Assembly (NCBI GenBank): GCA_043228905.1
Contig: JBHGNT010000013.1
Span: 9,424,001 to 9,488,000, forward strand
DNA length: 64,000 bases
From: Azolla caroliniana
Taxonomy: Eukaryota; Plantae; Polypodiophyta
Direction of reading: 5' to 3'
Position numbers and translations under genes: made by a program. Each line of letters begins with the position of its first letter. The stretch's first letter is position 1. Positions 1 through 13,398 of the stretch are shown here, in pieces. A model generated the notes under the pieces. It was not told the origin of the DNA and did not search any database. It saw only the letters and a list, made by a program, of their open reading frames with translations.

Positions 1-1205
1 ACTCAGCTAAAGAATGGTAGTAGCTAATTAGCTACCATTTAGCTAATTAGCTATTGTATTAAACTATGGTAGTAGCTAATTAGCTACTCAGCTAAAGAAT
101 GGTAGTAGCTAATTAGCTACTTAGCTAAAGTATGGTAGTAGCTAATTAGCGACTCAGCTAAAGTATGGTACCACTTAGCTAATTAGCTACTCAGCTAAAG
201 TATGGTAGTAGCTAATTAGCTACCACTTAGCTAATTAGCTATTGTACTAAACTATGGTAGTAGCTAATTAGCTACCACTTAGCTAATTAACTACTCAGCT
301 AAAGTATGGTAGTAGCTAATTAGCTACTCAGCTAAAGTATGGTAGTAGCTAATTAGCTACTCAGCTAAAGTATGGTAGTACCTAATTAACTACCACTTAG
401 CTAATTAGCTACTGTACTAAACTATGGTAGAAGCTAATTGGCTACTCAGCTAAAGTATGGTAGTAGTTAATTAGCTACTGTACTAAACTATTTAGCTACC
501 ACTTAGCTAATTACCTATTGTACTAAACCATGGTAGTAGCTAATTAGCTACCATTTAGCTAATTAGTTGTTGTATTAAATTATGGTAGTACCTAACTAGC
601 TACCACTTAGCTAATTAGCTACCACTTAGATTATTAGCTATTGTACTAAACTATTTAGCTACCACTTAGCTAATTACCTACTATACTAAACTATGGTAGT
701 GGCTAATTAGCTACCATTTGGCTAATTAGCTACCATTTAGCTAATTAGCTACTATATTAAACTATGGTAGTGGCTAATTAGCTATTATATTAAACTATGG
801 TAGTAGCTGATTAGCTACCACTTAGCTTATTAGCTACTATACTAAACTATGGTAGTAGCTAATAAGCTACCACTTAGCTAATTAGCTACTGTACTAAACT
901 ATGGTAGTAGTTAATTAGCTATTGTATTAAACTATGGTAGTAGCTTATTAGCTACCACTTAGCTTATTAGCTATTGTACTAAACTATGGTAGTAGCTAAT
1001 AAGCTACCACTTAGCTAATTAGCTACTGTACTAAACTATGGTAGTAGCTAATTAGCTATTGTATTAAACTATGGTAGTAGCTTATTAGCTACCACTTAGC
1101 TTATTAGCTACTATACTAAACTATGGTAGTAGCTAATAAGCTACCACTTAGCTAATTAGCTACTGTACTAAACTATGGTAGTAGCTAATTAGCTACCACT
1201 TAGCC
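1..1205. repeat. Palindromic AGCTAATTAGCT satellite/minisatellite array 1 (mixed about 19-bp and 33-bp units)
   Basis: Dozens of agctaattagct cores joined by accactt or actcagctaaagtatggtagt / actgtactaaactatggtagt linkers. Confidence 0.95.
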
Positions 1206-1240
1206 ATAGAGCTAATCAGTATGTCCATTTTATTAAGCAG

Positions 1241-3060
1241 GTCGATTTATTTATTAGGTTCAGGCAAATGCATCCAAATATCAAAGTTTAATTACGAACA
1301 TTCAAGTCTCTTAAGCCACACTTTGTGAGATGCTTGAACAATCGATACACATGTTGTTGCATTTACCATGTACAAATGGGTTTTCTCAAGGACTCTGTTA
1401 ATCTACTACGTCACCATAGCGCCTCCCTAACAAATGCAGTTTGCACTTGTGAGTGCCCAATTTGTCGATCGAGCCCGCATGAGCATTGTAAATCCTCTGA
1501 GCATATTATCTCTTCCATGAGTTGTCTTTTAGATTCAGTATTGTGTCTGAGAGAAACTTAGGCCAGCTTCCACAGTCATAAATGTGTCATAGGTTTTTGT
1601 CTAGATTGTGTCCAAATGAATTGAGTAGTGAAATATTAATCTATGTCAAGTTATTCGAGTCAGTTGACACCAATTTCGAAGGAAAGGTGTGTAAAAAAAA
1701 GGATTTAGTTAGGAAGTCGCTTAAACCAAGGGATTTGGCGTCTCTATTTGTAGTATCACTAGGAAAGTTCATTAAACACAACTTCATTTATTCATGGCAA
1801 GCCCATCAGTTTAAGACTTGCATATCTGATTTTCCAAATGATGTAGTAGTCTCAATAGTAGATTTCGTAAAGAATTATACTTTCAAGCAGCAGAATGAAA
1901 TTCAATCTATGCATTGGTTTTTAGCGTAGGTAACCATTTTTGTGCACATAACATATTTTCGAGTTTCAGGTGATGTTAAAAAAGTAGTTCATATTTTTAT
2001 TTCTGATGATAAGAGGCATGATACCTTGTTCGTCCAACATTGTTTTAACTTACATTGGCAATGGTTATTAGCTAAACATTTGGAGCTTACTCAACATTGG
2101 GTCTGGTCTGATGGAGCTGTGTCACAATTGAAGGATAAACGTCCATTTTATTTTGTGGGGAGGTATCCTGCTATAACAGGTTTGGAGATGAGATGGAATC
2201 TTTTTGGGTCTGGCCATGGTAAAGGTGAAGATGATGGTGCAGGTGTTGTTATAAAGCGGGCACTTACCCATGAACAACTAAAGGCAGATGGTGTGCAGAT
2301 GAATTGTGCAGCACATGTAGTTGAATTTCTAAGAGCTAATATGTCAACGAGTGCAACTAGTGTTTATTCCTCGCAGGTCCGAGATATCAAACGTGAATTT
2401 TGGGAAGTGAAGATAGATGAAGTAAATAGGGAGAAGACCTCGGAGTGCCAAAGAATTCCCGAATTGCGATCTCTCCATGTTGTTCGCGGTTATTCTAGGT
2501 TGGATGATCATTGTATTGCGGTTAGAGAATTAACTTGTTTTTGCTTCCATTGTGTGTAGGGAAATTGGAGGTATTGTTTAAACAAAGCATATATTCAGAA
2601 TTGGGAGTATCATACATTGAATGATAAGGAAGTTGTTGAAGGAGAAACAGAAAAGAATGTTGACTACATATATCAAGGACGTGGAGATACTCTGAGTGAT
2701 GTCTTAAATGTTGGGGATAATTTCGTTGTAAATGCAGAAGAAGTCAATTCAGAGGGTGTTGATTTTTATATATTGAAGTGCACGGTTAGTAAACAGTGTG
2801 CAATGCAGAATATATTAGATGCTTGGGGAAATGTTGTATCTACCGGGACATTCTACATCGAAAGTATTTTTTATGCAAGACTAGATTATTACGATTAGGT
2901 GTATAGGCTATTAGAAGACAAACCAGTGGCGTACATGTACTCTCATTTGGTCAGGTGCATCAATGTCCCAATGTCGCAATACAATAGTTGCTCAGGTTTA
3001 TACACAGTCAGTGCTAATGTGTATGAATGTATTTACAAAAGTATGCCATGGAATTTGTAG
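1241..3060 (+). pseudogene. DDE/DDD-type DNA transposase pseudogene (last exon)
   Basis: Splice acceptor ttaagcag at 1240, then F..LKP.FV...R.TCCC.YH, VDFVKNY, WSDGAVSQLK, GSGHGKGEDDGAG..IKR and a C-terminal CFCxxC. ORFs at 1325, 1582, 1942 and 2617 are broken by stops and frameshifts. Confidence 0.75.
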
Positions 3061-3429
3061 CTACAAGTAGCAATTACCAGTTTTCTTGTAAAACAAACAA
3101 AGCACATGTATTGCAAATAAACAGTTTAATGGACCTGTTTGGGAGTTTTTTTCTTATATACAGTCTACCTTTTGTGCTTCTTTCTCAATAAAATCGTGTG
3201 TCTTTTTTATATACAGTCTTCTTTTTTATATACAGTTTAATAATATCGTTTAGGGTTCTTCTTTCTAAGATACAGATTTACTCAAGTGAACCATGTACAA
3301 GTTAAAATAGTTTGCATAATTTTAAGAAAAAGTGCTATCATGAAATCAGCAATTTAATTACACAGTAGATAAGTTACTCAAAACAAGCAATTTAATTCTT
3401 CATTGATTAAGTGGTAGCAAATTACATAT

Positions 3430-6400
3430 TTATAACATCCCATTGCCAATGTCTTCAAATTGCCTATAAACAGCTAAGCTCTTGCTAGTCAGTGGAACTT
3501 CTCTACATATATGATCTGCATACCGGGCTCGGTATGGAGTCCACAACCATGCATGTAGTTGGCAGCTGAATGTTTTCACCAAATAGTGTTCAGGCATTTC
3601 ATCAGGTAGAATGAGACAAAATCTGCGAATCTTGAAGTAATGCTGGAAATGTTCTGTATCCAGAATCAACGTATTGTCGGCATTATAATATGACCAAGTG
3701 GCCCAAAAATCAGAAAGTCTTTTGAATCTTGCAGCATCCTTCTGCTCACAATTCTTTCGTGTCCACTGACCCTTGAAATGTTATCGCCACTTCGGGAAGA
3801 ATCTTTCTACACACTACCACACATTTGTACGTGGTTTTTCACTCCAAATAAACAAATCAAAGTATTGCATAGCCCACTCCAGAAATTGATTTGCGTCCCT
3901 CCTTGGTGTCATATATCGCACACTCATCAGGACTTTATCAAGCTCCAAGATCAAGGCTCTTCTTTCGACTTCTAATGGTTTAGGTTTCCATTCCTGTAAT
4001 TGAGCCTCTGTTACACCAATTACTGGTAGCACATGATCAATTTCAATCAACTCGGGTTCTGTCGGCACAATTGGTGTCCTTTTCCTCTTCAAACCCTTGG
4101 TCGACTATGTTGGGCCTGGCTTCACATTCTGGTGCTCTTGTGTTATCGACTTAGTCATTGGCTCGGTGCATGTAGATATTGATTTGGTTGATATCAGCCC
4201 ACTGGTATCACATGCTGCATCTACCTGCAAAATCAGATCATCTGTGCAACATGCTTGATCAAATTGCGTGACCAGATCATTTGTGTCAGTTGCTACATCT
4301 ACTTTCAAGATGTGGCCCTTCAAACACACAACAACATCAACAGTTTCCACACTGCCATCAGCCTTAGGAGCAATAGATTCAAACCCCTTAGACTCTGCAA
4401 CATTAGAAAACACCAACATATTCACACTCACAAATTAACTAACGGTCTCACAAAACAACATAATGAACATGAAATATTTTCCATCATAGAACAACATGAA
4501 CATAATTATCTTGGAGAAACATCATAGAGTTCCATTACATAATGTGGATCAAGCAACAACCAATATGAGGTTTTACTTGTCCAAATAGATCATAGTAAAA
4601 CTTCATAAAACCCTAGGAAAATTGCTAACAATCATATCCCATTAATAAGTATTTCGCTCCAATTCAAGAGCCCCTTGACCGAGTAACTGGTCTTGTCCCC
4701 GATTGTGGTCCCTTCTTCAGCCTTTTTCTAGCCAGTTGCCCATTTAGCCTTGCTTCTTTGACCCATTCCGCAAGTGTGTCCTCCTCCGACAACCTTTCCA
4801 TCACCTCAACAGCCACTTGCACATCAACCGCATCTTGCGCGAGCTTTTCCAGTACAGTGGGATCTGTTTGGACATTATCAGTAGTTGCGCTCAGTGGGGT
4901 GGAATCAAGGTTTTGGGATTCGAAGAAATGTTGGCACATGAAGTATTCAAAAACACTATTGTTGTGAACCTCAGATTTACATGTTTCTAATCTTTCATGG
5001 TTTTTCACATCGTTGCCTAATTAAGTACCATCTTCCAAAAGAATAGGTGGAGCTCATCTGAAGGAGATGTGATAGCAGGACTCTTACTTTCAACCACATT
5101 GGCAACAATATCCTCATCGGTTGTTGCGTCATCAGCACCAGACACCTCATGCGCCCTCCTTAATCCACAAGATTCTACAACAACATGGTTGCTAATTAGC
5201 CACATCTTAGCTAACTAACTATTCTTCTAGACTATGACAATAGCTAATTAGCTACCACTAAGCTAATTAGCTACTTCGCTTAGGTATGGTACTAGCTAAT
5301 TAGCTACCACTTAGCTAATTAGCTACTCTTTGTCAATACGGTAGCAACTAATTAGCTACTCTATTAAAGTATGGTAGTAGCTAATTAGCTACTCTACTAA
5401 AGTATGGTAGTAGCTAATTAGCTACTCAACTAAAGTATGGTACTAGCTAGTTAGCCACTATAACTAAAGTATGGTAGTAGCTAATTAGCCACTATAACTA
5501 AAGTATGGTAGTAGCTAATTAGCTATTATATTAAACTATGGTAATAGCTAATTAGCTACTGTACTAAAGTATGGTAGTAGTTAATTATCTACCACTTAGC
5601 TAATTAGCTACTATACTAAACTATGGTAGTAGCTAATTAGCTACCACTTAGCTAATTAGTTACTCAATTAATGTATGGTAGTAGATAATTAGCTACCCGT
5701 TAGCTAATTAGCTACTCAACTAACGTATGGTAGTAGCTAATTAGCTACCACTTAGCTAATTAGCTATTGTACTAAACTATGGTAGTAGTTAATTAGCTAT
5801 TGTATTAAACTATGGTAGTAGCTAATTAGCTACCACTTAGCTAATTAACTACTCAGCTAACGTATGGTAGTAGCTAATTAGCTACCACTTAGCTAATTAG
5901 CCACTGTACTAAACTATGGCAATAGCTAATTAGCTACCACTTAGCTAATTAGCTACTGTACTAAACTATGGCAATAGCTAATTAGCTACTGAGCTAAAGT
6001 ATTGTAGTAGCTAATTAGCTACCACTTAGGTAATTAATTACTCAATTAAAATGTGGTAGTAGATCATTAGCTATTGTATTCAACTATGGTAGTAGCTAAT
6101 TAGCTACCACTTAGCTACTTAGTTACTCAACTAAACTATGGTAGTATCTAATTCGCTACTATACTAAACTATGGTAATAGCTAATTGGCTACCACTTAGC
6201 TAATTAGCTACTCAGCTAAAGTATGGTAGTAGCTAATTAGTTGCCACTTAGCTAATTAACTACATGTTAGGTAATTAGCTACTACACTACAACCATAACA
6301 GCTAAATAGTTTTCACACTTTATACAGCTTACCTAATTAGCTACATTATGGTCACAAGCAGTGATTTTACCTGTGTGTTTTCTCCACTCATCTGGGAGAG

Positions 6401-8190
6401 TTGTAGTACAATCCCCCAAACAGAATGCAGCAATGCGAGAGGCATATTGAAAACAAACGATATGGTATGTGTGCTGGCATGGTTGTAGGTGAACCAACAA
6501 AGTAGCAGATTTGTCCTTTACACGTAATCCACAAGCGATGCAACGTGCTTGAACAATAAATATATCGTTTCCTAGTTCTCCTTCATTTGGTAAGGGAGCA
6601 AGAATGTTTAGGTCCAATTCTTTTCTGCTCCTTACCATCCCCTCCGCAAAATGTAGCTGCTTCTTAAGGCAGCGAACTACCCATTCTTGACGGGAGTATT
6701 GTTCCTTCAACGCAACCGAGAAATTTACCGATTAATTATTCCTTAATGAGGAAGATACAACAAGAAACAAGAATCATTAACTTACTTGTAGCTTGTCCAA
6801 ATTGTAATCAACGACAGTATTTACACCTAGAAGGTCCAGGTTCATTGAAAGAACCAGGATCTCTGTCTGCAGTTGAATTTTCCGTTGGGGATCCAACGAC
6901 CCCTCAATTTCAAGCTCATGTTGAGCAACCTGTTCTAGATAATGCCTCAGTAGAACATTTTCATGTACAAGTTATTTATAACATATTACATACTAGCAAA
7001 ACAATAGGTACCTGAATCTTATTTCTTATTATTGTAACTGCCAAAGTGACTTTGCTCTCCATCGCAACAGCCAATGTTGCTTTCTCTAAATCAGTCTTAA
7101 AAAACTCCAATGTCTCACAGGCTTCATGGACATTTTTTAGCGTATAGCTAATCAATGTCTCACCTGTATCATCAACATTGGCTTTCATTGTGTGTCGGTG
7201 TGGCGTATACTTGCGGGTTTGTTGGGAGTTAGCAATTGCATCATCAACTGCCATGCTCCAAAATCTTGCCATTTTTTGTTGCAAGCTCCCCATCTTCCGA
7301 CATCTTTCTACCAATGCCTCACCATAAATTGCCCAAGCTACCCTGTACATTTCAGGGTCACGAGATTCCTTCGTTGTTTTGCAATACTCATATGCAAAAG
7401 CTCTGGCAAATGAAACAGACAACTCTTTGTTGACTGGGATCTCTTGATGTACTTTTTGGTGCAGTCTCATGTAGTCGTTGTACAGGTCCGGTCATACATG
7501 CTTGACCTTGACCTTGCCTTTCACTCTAGGCACTTTATATACTGACATCCAGACTACATCACTAATCAATCTATCTGTTAGAACAACAGGGTCAATACCC
7601 TTGAGCGGCAGACCATATATGTTGTGAAAGTCCTCCTTTGTCTCGCAAAATTTTGCGAAGTTCAGCACTCTAGGATAGGGAGGAACGAGCCACCTAAAAT
7701 AGAAAATCAATAATCAAAATTGGTGCAAAAACAGAATTTTTAATGTGAATTTGGTGCAAAATTACAACACTTTGAGACAGTAATCTGAAATTTGCAATTT
7801 GTCCTTTTCAACATGTATCAGAAATCAACCACTTAAAAAATCAGAAACCCTAATCAGAATATGTGATGAGAATTGGTGCAAAATTACAACACATTGCCAC
7901 AGTAATCAGAAATTTGTAACCAGACACTTGTAATCAGAAACCCTAAACCAGTTAAGGGAAACACAAACCCTAATCATCACTAAAGGCAAAAATCAACCGT
8001 ACTACGAATTTCTGTCAATCAGAAACAAACCTGTTGCTACACCCTGATCTTCGAGACATCCTTGTTTGGGACTCCAATGACTTCGCCCTATTCGATTTTT
8101 GGGGAAAGATGAACAGGCACCAAAGTTACAGACAGTTATAAGAAACAAAAAAAAAAAGTTTTTTTAATATGTAACTTATACATACCTGGA
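3430..8190 (-). pseudogene. Multi-exon accessory gene of the DNA transposon with a RING-H2-like zinc finger
   Basis: Minus-strand ORFs 7492-7710, 6976-7470, 6333-6710 (CIAC..PCQHTYHIVC..CLGDC), 5017-5205, 4664-5008, 4105-4431, 3814-4092 and 3430-3669. GT/AG-like boundaries near 7694, 7011, 6785 and 6332. Contains internal stops. Confidence 0.55.
5205..6305. repeat. Palindromic AGCTAATTAGCT satellite array 2 (intronic)
   Basis: Same units and orientation as array 1. Lies downstream of a minus-strand GTAAG donor near 6332 and before coding resumes near 5205. Confidence 0.93.
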
Positions 8191-10412
8191 CGAGGATCGA
8201 CTTGCTCGTGTGTTGTAGCTCTGAAGGTGCAATGTCGATCTCAGAGTTTTTGTGCTGTTGTGGGAGCTTCATTTGTGTTCATGCTCAAAGTACTCCATCA
8301 GTTTGGAGTTCAAACTCGAACTCAGGATTATCAAGAATTTGATGACATTCAAGTCGACCTTAGATGATGGCACTATTTCCCATGTTCCACTATGTCAGAA
8401 ACCAAAGTTCAAATATTTGAGTATTCTCATAAATTAAATGACATGTATTTAACTAATAAAACATAAAATTTCGTAAACCATCCTTATGATTTTCCCACAG
8501 AAAACAAGCTAAACAAATAGTTGATTAGTTGTGGCCATTTTAGTAGCTAATTAGCTATAATAGTGTTTCCACTCGCATGCTTTTACCCTTTTTTGTTTGA
8601 TAAGATCGACGATGGTCTCATGGAACTCCTTTGCAATTCCTAGTTCTCTCAATGTAAGGTCAATACGGCTATCAAGCACTCTTTCTTCAAGAACCTTTCT
8701 TAAGTTAGTTGTTTGTTCAATATCCGACCTTAATTTGTAATTTGGCGTCGATCTATCCTTCCCCTTCTTGGCATTCTCTTCAATGGGTTGAGTCGGTTCC
8801 CCGGTTCTCTTGTTTGAGCTTCCATCTTCTTGACTTGTGGTCTTGATCATCTCTTCCTTCTTCTTAAAGTTTCTTGTGTCATGTTTCTTAGAAGGGCCTT
8901 CATCTAGATCCGTCCTCTTCCGCTTCTCATCCACAAACACTTCGTGGGTTTCACATATGACCTCTACAGAGATCGTGTTGTTATCAACCGGATCCGCCCA
9001 CCCGGTAAGGTCTCGTACATGAAGGTTGGCTAGCTTTGCATCATCCGAATTAATCTTCGGGATTTTTTTTCATATTCGAGGATGGTCAGCCAAAACCCTG
9101 TTCCTAGTTTAATCATTCCAAGCTTCTCCTTCCCGATTCTTATACCGGCGGATGCGGCATAGTGTATAGCTTCGCGTCGTGGCTCGCATCGGCCTCATCC
9201 ATGATTTTCTTTAGACCCACCCTACCGAAATTCACTTGCAAGGGCTTTCGAGTCTCACTTGAGTGTATAATGTTGCCTTCCATGTAGACGAGGTTTTGTC
9301 GAATTGCCTCTTGAAGGCTAGCAGAATCTTTCCTTTCATGATCAACATTATCACACCATACACATTTAAATGGTTCTTTCCCCTTCGGCCCTCGACGACT
9401 CATATTAGCTAATGAAAACGCTTCGAATTTTCATGCCAACTCTTCAACGACAGAGTTCTCCATTGCTCTTTCGGTCGGCTCGCTTTGCTTTGTCATCTCA
9501 GTTGCTATTGGAGCCTTCCTTCTTTGGACTATTAGGCCCACCATGTCGGAATCATCTAGCTAATGACAACGCTTGTTGAATCGATCACATGCTCTTCTTA
9601 CCGCAACCCAATCCGTTATGAGACCATTGGGTTGTGCTTCGTCCTCTAATAAACTACCTAGTTCTCATCTATCTTTTGCATCCACCGCCTTTAAGAAGTA
9701 CAAAACTTTATCTCCTTCGAGAAGTGTTTGGTCGGTTCTCAGGAGACGGTTGTACATTTGGTCAAGTTCGATGTACACTCCCGATTTATTCATGTTCTTC
9801 CCCTTCTTCAAGCATATATTTAGCCAAAAGCACCCTTTCAAATCCCACCCATGTTCTTTGGGCAGCTTGAATCTCCCTTATTTGGCCTTGTAACCCAATT
9901 GCTATGACACGCTTGAAGCTTGATATTTGCTTCTCTTCGATGACATCACGTTGTTGCATCTTCGTCTTGTATGTGGCGAGAAAATCCATATTGTTTCTTC
10001 CACCAAATTGGCCCGCTATCTCAATGGTTCGGTCGATGGCCTTGTCTATGCTTGCATCATTATCTCGAGCTCTCATCATATGCTCGACAATAGCCACCAA
10101 CTTCGCCACTTCATTAGCTTGGGTGTTTGTCGAAGAAGCCACCTTTTAACCTTCTATTTCAAGCACTTGATCCTTCCTACCACCTCTTCACGTCGGGTTC
10201 ACCACTTTATGATGTCGTGAAAATCCGTCACTATGTGCAGATCGTGAGGCGGAACCGACGGGGTTATGGACGGGAAGGAAATAGGGTTCACACGCACAAC
10301 ACAAGGAAGTTTTACACAAACAAGGCACGAGTATTCAAACATGTTTGTGAAAAGGAGAGGTGCATGGGCAAGCTCGAATCAACCCCTAGTCACAAGGCTA
10401 ATGAATGCACGT

Positions 10413-11304
10413 TGTCGTAGTGTAAATCGCACACTATGAGAAAATTGCATTTTTGGTCCCTCTGGATGGGTAAGGAGGATCCGGTAAGGAGAACCGGTAA
10501 GAACCGAATCAAGCAGAACCGGAGGAAGAGGACCGGTGAGGAGGACCCGATAAGAACCGGATAAAGAAAATCGGTGAGAACCGGATGAAGAAGGCTGGTG
10601 AGAGTCTCTCACCGAATGAAGAGACAAATTTGTAAATAAAAGAAAAGATTGTTACATGCATAGGGCAGGATTAGAACCATGTACCTCCATGTTATTAATG
10701 TAAAACCTTACCATTACACTAACATATCATTAGTGTTAAAAAAGTAGACGTCCCACATAGAAAGGTAAGTGCACACTAGGATAAACTTTAGTTAGAAGAA
10801 AACGCATGATAAAAGAAAAAGCTACACATGCACATCTAGCATGCATGAACACTATAGTCGATAAAAAAAACGCATGACTTTAGAAAAAGCATGTTAGATA
10901 AAGCATATAGTCTATAGTTAGAGAAAAAGCATGGATTATTAAGACTCTCTCATCACTATATAAGGATGGGGAGCACAATGTAATAGGTGTGTGAAAATTT
11001 TGGAAATTGGATATATTTCTAAAAGACACCAATTAATATATTCGTGGGATTCACGAAATAAACTATACTCGTGGGATGCACGAGATTTCTGTATTCTTCT
11101 CTTTCAATCCAAATTCATATTCTTATCTAGATATTGATTAATGAATTACATTATACTTGTGGGATTCACAAGTTTCAATATCTCTTTCTTATAATCTATT
11201 CATATTGATAACTAAACTCGTCTCAAATTCTTCTTTCTCCTAGTCCAAAACCTCGGCAGTTCCTACCCAACTCATGCCACGATCCGGAGCCGAAAGGCAC
11301 GACA
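10413..11304 (+). mobile_element. Solo LTR D (Gypsy-type, TGTCGT..CACGACA) inserted in the LTR of element C
   Basis: Termini tgtcgtag / ggcacgaca; flanks acgt / atgt; TATA box near 10957; interrupts the tandem array of the C LTR. Confidence 0.75.
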
Positions 11305-11339
11305 ATGTGAGGAAGTCTTACAAACAAAGACACAAGGAA

Positions 11340-12240
11340 AAGGCTTACTTACACACACAAGAGACAAAGTTTCGAATGCCTTTATGAAAAGAGAAGTGCA
11401 TGGGCAAGCCCTAACGCTCCCTTGTTACCAGACACGCGAACATACAAGCAAGGTTTACACACGGGAGACACAATTTCAAACGCCTTTATGAAAGGAGAGG
11501 TGCATGGGCAAGCCCAAACGCTCCCTTGCCACAAGTCACACGATCACACAAGCAAGGTTTACACATGGGAGACACAATTTCGAACACCTTTGTGAAAGGA
11601 GAGGTGCATGGGCAAGCCTGAACGCTCCCTTGCCACAAGTCGCACAATCACATAAGAAAGGTTTACACACAGGAGACATAATTTCGAATGCCTTTGTGAA
11701 AGGAGAGGCGCATGGGCAAGCCTGAACGCTCCCTTGCCACAAGTCGCACGATCACACAAGCAAGATTTACACTAACATGCAAGACATGAAAGTTTGAATG
11801 CCTTTGTGAAAGGAGAGGTGCATGGGCAAGCCCGAAATGCTCCCTTGTCACAACACACACAAATAGATAAGCACAAATGACAATAACATATAAGACCCGC
11901 AAGTTTGAATGTCTTTGTGAAAGGAGAGGTGCATGGGCAAAACCCGAAATGCTCCCTTATCACAAGACACACAAACAAATAAGCACAAATGACAATAACA
12001 TATAAGACACGCAAGTTTGAATGCCTTTGTGAAAGGAGAGGTGCATGGCCAAGACTGAAACGCTCCCTTCTCACAAGACACACAAACAAATAAGACCAAA
12101 TGATGATAACATATAAGATACGTAAGTTTGAATACCTTTGTGAAAGGAGAGGTGCATGGGCAAGCCCGAAACACTCCCTTGTCACAAGACACACAAACAA
12201 ATAAGCACAAATGACGACAACATATAAGACACGTAGGTGA
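11340..12240. repeat. Tandem array (about 8 units, 104-113 bp) inside the LTR of element C
   Basis: Conserved core gaatgcctttgtgaaaggagaggtgcatgggcaagcccgaacgctccctt near 11372, 11475, 11579, 11683, 11794, 11905, 12017 and 12128, plus one copy near 10337. Confidence 0.9.
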
Positions 12241-13398
12241 AACCAAACATTAGTTTATTACAATATAATGAATTCTTTTATAAAATAAGAATCAATTTTA
12301 TAACGAGTTTGATATGAATATGAGAGATAATTTATAAAGGAAGGGGGAAGAGAGGTGGAGGAAAGAAGAGAGTGGAATATAGAAGAAGGTGATTCTTTGT
12401 TGATTATGCCTCTCGATGTTGTTGATTCTTCTTCTTTTTCCTTCCAATTGAGTAGAGCTTCCGCGTTCCTTCTCCCTCACCCCCTTCTTCACTAGAATAG
12501 GCTCTTATTTATAGGTTTAGGATTGCTTGCCTTTTTCCCCTAAAATAAAGCTTGTCTATATGAGTCAACTTTTCTTTTCCTCACTATTTCTATTTTCTAG
12601 CCCCAAATTTCACATGCAAGATATTCTTGGAAAGTGCTTTGGGTTAGCTTTCTTATGCATCTTTTCTTTTCTAGTTTGGACATCGTATGAGGAAATTATG
12701 AGCTTTTTTCTCTATTGTGCTCCTCATATCCATGCGTGCTTTTTTTTCCCTCTCTCCATCTTTTTCTCTACTTTTGTCTACTTTTGAAAACCGCCTCTAA
12801 CTTAATAGTCATCATTATTTATTGTAAGGTTCAATCCTTTGAACATTTATTTATAAGGAATTATCTTTGGAAAATGAAAAAATATTTTTTCTACCAATAA
12901 AGTTGACTTCACAATACTAGTTTATTTGAACTACTATTTTACTTCTTTTCGAGGGTGGTTTCACACTATGTGTTAGAAAAATCACGACACCGTAGTCCGC
13001 GTACTTATTATTATGCGTATATATATACATATATATATATATACATGCAAATATCTATCGGGCCTTCTGTACATACGACGCACGAAGGGCCAGCAGGTGT
13101 TCGTACCGTGTACGCGCGTGCTCTTCCTCTACGCGTTCTGGTCGGAGTCTCGACGACATATCCAGCTCTAGAGAACTCGACCTTCCGGAAACCCATCTCT
13201 CCCCGGTTCAAAACCCCGGTGGTCCCGCCTAGATCTGACATGTATGCGCGGATTTCTGTGACATATTTGGTGAACCCGACGTGAAAGGGCGGCAAGGGAG
13301 GATGGAGTTGGAAGACGAAGACTTCGCGGAGATGGTGGCCAAAGTGGTGATGTAGTTCAGACGAGTGATGATGAGACAAGAAGCGACGCAACAAGCTA

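Larger units (their letters stand above)
1..8588. mobile_element. Degenerate DNA transposon with two convergent intron-containing genes; left end outside window; superfamily unassigned
   Basis: Transposase-like pseudogene on +, RING-containing multi-exon pseudogene on -, and shared satellite arrays. Right boundary is near 8588, where Gypsy C coding sequence (..TIVDLIKQKR) stops abruptly. Confidence 0.65.
8589..12989 (-). mobile_element. Ty3/Gypsy element C, truncated (5' LTR, PBS, degenerate gag); tRNA-Trp primed, Phygy/Selgy-like
   Basis: LTR 10213-12989 bounded by TGTCGTGA..TCACGACA. PBS TGGTGAACCCGACGTGA at 10188-10204 on minus. Gag fragments (9786-10142, 9140-9403 CVWCD..H, 8551-8940 YKLRSDIEQ) are homologous to element F. 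Confidence 0.85.

Noticed and set aside
7845-7972. Telomere-like aaaccctaa motifs
   Set aside because: Scattered single telo-box-like motifs, common in plant 5' introns and promoters; not an array.
11340-12240. CRISPR-like array (conserved repeat with variable spacers)
   Set aside because: The spacers are homologous to each other, the array is inside a plant LTR, and there are no cas genes. It is an ordinary tandem repeat.
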